Shown: piece by piece, positions 60,798-64,000 of the stretch
Numbering within the stretch: the first letter of the stretch is position 1
How the letters are laid out: every line of letters begins with the position of its first letter
Made by a program: the position numbers and the translations under genes
The notes under the pieces: model-generated
The model's database searches: none
What the model saw: only the letters and a program-made list of their open reading frames with translations
What the model was told of the DNA's origin: nothing
From: Dendrobates tinctorius
Taxonomy: Eukaryota
DNA: 64,000 nucleotides
Direction: 5' to 3'
NCBI RefSeq assembly: GCF_039654945.1
Contig: NW_027361853.1
Span: 3,782,001-3,846,000, forward strand

Positions 60798-61167
60798 GTT
60801 GTGGCCAAAAGTATTGACACCCCTGCAATTCTGTCAGATAACACTCAGTTTCTTCCTGAAAATGATTGCAAACAAGAATTCTTTGTTATTATTATCTTCA
60901 TTTAATTTGTCTTAAATGGAAAAACACAAAAAGAATTGTCCTAAAGCCAAATTGGATATAATTCCACATCAAACATAAAAAAGAGGGTGGACAAAAGAAT
61001 TGGCACTGTTCGAAAAATCATGTGATGCTTCTCTAATTTGTGTAATTAACAGCACCTGTAACTTACCTGTGGCACCTAACAGGTGTTGGCAATAACTAAA
61101 TCACACTTGCAGCCAGTTGACATGGATTAAAGTTGACTCAACCTCTGTCCTGTGTCCTTGTGTGTAC
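60796..61167. mobile_element. Terminal part of a Tc1-like element, interrupted by the Gypsy LTR
   Basis: Starts cagttgtggccaaaagtattgacacc after a (TA)n tract, a Tc1-type TIR start. Confidence 0.65.
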
Positions 61168-64000
61168 TGTTATGAATGGGTCACCGAGAAGAAAAAAGCA
61201 AAACAAGCTAAGTCACAGAAAACCAGAGAGGTTGGTATCTATGCAGATTGCAGATCCCTAATCCTACCACACAACTAGCAGCAGCCGTGGAGCGTACCTA
61301 CGATGATCCTAGACGCCTCTTCAAGGCCGGAGGACTAAAGCCTAAAGCAAGAAAAAGGGGAAAACTAACTGCCCCAGAGCAGACCCCAAAGGAAAGAAAG
61401 CCCCCACACATGTATTGACGGTGAAACAAGATGAAAGCACAAACACAGGCAGGAAAATAAGCTGAGCAAACGATGGGGCCCAAACTAACTACAAAGGAAA
61501 GGAAAGGGAAAGACACTGTCTGCACCCTGCAAAAAACCCTACAAAAATAATGTCAAACACTTCTGATAGCAAAATTAACCCTGAAGTCACTAGACTTCTC
61601 CCACTATATCAGCACTCTGAAATATTCCTAGACATAGCAAAAAGAGGCCAAACTAGTAAGGGACAAAAAGCAAATTGGCAAATACAGATAAATAAGAGTG
61701 GAAATTCAGCACAGCCCCCAGCCGGGGCTGGCTGACCACACAAAAAACTGAATAGACCAACAAAATCAAGTGTGAACATTAGCAGAAAAACTTAGCTTTA
61801 GATGACTGGAACAGAGCTGAAAACCAAGAGCTGACAAGCCAGAAGGAATCACCAGCAACTGAATAGGGCGTCGGCTGTCTTAAATCCAATCCGAGATTCC
61901 TGAGGTCCAATCGTCATCCTCATTCTCATGTGGCAGATTTCCACCGATCAAATCAGCCTCACTACCTCCTGTTACCACCAGAGGGAGTCTGGAAGGAAAA
62001 CTCACAACTGGTGAACCAGAGAATGAACTCACAACAGTACCCCCCCTTGAGGAGGGGTCACCAAACCCTCATCCACGCCACCAGGCCGATCAGGATGGGC
62101 CCGGTGAAAAGCACAAACCAATCTATTGGCATGTATATCAGAGGCAGAGACCCAAGAATTATCCTCCTGACCATAACCCTTCTATTTGACCAAATACTGG
62201 AGTCTCCGGCTAACCAAACGAGAATCCAATATATTCTCTACCTCATATTCCACATTGCCTTCAACCAATACAGGGTCAGGAGGTGCTGCCATAGGAACCA
62301 CTGGCTCAACAAACCTCTTCAACAGAGATTTGTGAAATACGTTATGGATCTTGAACGTAACTGGAAGAGCCAATGAAAACGAAACAGGATTAAGAATTTC
62401 CAAAATCTTATAAGGACCAATAAATCTTGGCTTAAATTTAGGAGATGCAACCTTCATAGGAATATTCTTAGACGACAACCAAATCATATCACCCACTTTA
62501 AACCGGGGACCAATGGTCCTATGCCGTTTGGAAAATCGCTGGGCCTTTTCCTGGGAGAGTGACAACTTATCCACCACTTGGTCCCATATCTGCTGCATTC
62601 TCTTAACCACAGTGTCCACACCTGGGCAGGACGAAGATTCCACTTGCCCTGAAGAGAATCGAGGATGAAACCCAAAATTACAGAAAAAGGGTGACATCAA
62701 AGTGGCAGAACTAGCTCTATTGTTCAGTGCGAATTCGGCCAAGGGCAAAAATGAGACCCAATCATCCTGATCAGCAGAAATAAAACATCTCAAATAAGAT
62801 TCCAAGGTCTGGTTTGTTCTCTCAGTCTGTCCATTGGTCTGGGGATGAAGCGCGGAGGAGAAGGATAACTGACTTCCCAGATTGGAACAAAAGGCTTTCC
62901 AGAATCTGGAAACAAACTGGACTCCTCTGTCGGACACAATGTTCTCAGGAATCCCATGTAACCGAACCACCTGTTGTAAAAACAAGGGCGCCAACTCAGC
63001 GGAAGATGGTAACTTTGGGAGTGGTACAAGATGGACCATCTTCGAAAATCCATCACAAATCACCCAGATAACAGTCATTCTCTGAGAGACAGGAAGATCA
63101 GAAATAAAATCCATTGAGATATGGGTCCATGGCCTCTTGGGCGCCGGCAATGGCATCAGCAACCCACTAGAACGAGAACAGGGTTTAGACCGAGAACAAG
63201 TCCCACAGGACTGTACAAAATTCCTGACGTCACGAGATAAGGCAGGCCACTAAAAGGACCGACTCACCAAATCTCTGGTACCAAAAATACCTGGATGACC
63301 AGCCAATGCAGAGCAATGAATTTCAGACATCACTCTCTTTCTCCACTGGTCATGAACATACAATTTTCCCATAGGGCAACGCTCAGGTTTATCCTCCTGA
63401 AATTCCTCCAGGGCACGTCTCAAATCGGGCGAAATGGCAGAAAGAACTACCCCTTCACCTAGGATGGTAGTAGGCACGGTCACACTAAGAGAATCGGCAC
63501 AGAGACTCCTAGAAAGGGCGTCTGCCTTAACATTCTTAGTGCCCGGAAGAAAAGAGACCACAAAATTAAAATGCATGAAAAACAAGGCCCCCATCTAGCC
63601 TGTCTAGGATTCAAGCGTTTGGCCGACTCCAGATAAATCAAATTCTTGTGATCGGTGAGGACCACAACTTGATGTCTAGCTCCCTCCATCCAATGTCTCC
63701 ACTCCTCAAATGCCCACTTCATGGCCAACAATTCCCGATTCCCCACGTCATAGTTGCGTTCAGATGGGGAGAACTTTCGAGAAAAGAAGGCACAGGGATT
63801 CATCTTAGAAGTCAGAGGGTCTTTTTGGGACAAAACAGCTCCTGCACCAATCTCAGAAGCATCTACCTCCACTTGAAATGGAAGTGAGACATCAGGTTGC
63901 CGTAAAACTGGAGCTGAAGTAAATCTCTGCTTAAGCTCCTGAAATGCTGAGATAGCCTCAGGAGACCAATTCAGCACATCAGCGCCCTTCTTGGTCAGAT
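61168..64000 (-). mobile_element. Second chromovirus-type Gypsy element (related subfamily): 3' LTR 61168-62036 plus decayed RH/IN/chromodomain; continues beyond window
   Basis: ORFs 63480-63977, 63250-63594 and 62182-63162 are highly similar to the pol of 45122-50895 but carry stops and frameshifts. PPT at about 62037-62052. Confidence 0.93.

Noticed and set aside
57646-64000. Further upstream GALNT16 exons
   Set aside because: No GALNT-like peptide with splice sites was found. They are presumably beyond the window, though a small exon in the 58934-59124 gap cannot be excluded.

Overview
This is eukaryotic DNA, not prokaryotic; the repeat families suggest an anuran amphibian (inference). 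The only host gene I can find is the 3' half of a polypeptide GalNAc-transferase, most likely GALNT16, on the minus strand. Eight phase-consistent GT-AG coding exons run from 57645 down to the stop at 19313. They encode the end of the catalytic domain (WGGEN, GHVF motifs) and the ricin-type lectin domain; the 5' exons lie beyond the window. Most other sequence is nested transposable elements: Tc1-like elements, a truncated DIRS, Penelope-like elements (PLEs), a hammerhead-ribozyme tandem repeat (retrozyme-like), a Helitron, CR1 LINEs, tRNA-derived SINEs, many MITEs, and two chromodomain Gypsy elements. There are three assembly gaps. Highlights: (1) a 35-bp minisatellite built from a GALNT16 exon/intron junction creates 13 tandem splice donors, of which only the first is productive; (2) five insertions share 13-16-bp target duplications, four of them fold-back, and four of the five carry hammerhead or hammerhead-like motifs, pointing to a PLE-driven two-sided priming system that also moves non-coding RNAs; (3) a conserved, unexplained RNA hairpin occurs twice in one of these non-coding passengers; (4) a palindromic Helitron sits at intron position +8; (5) the Gypsy element shows a Tf1-like self-priming signature and mosaic LTRs. 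All analysis was by eye, so mismatch counts and some TE boundaries are approximate.
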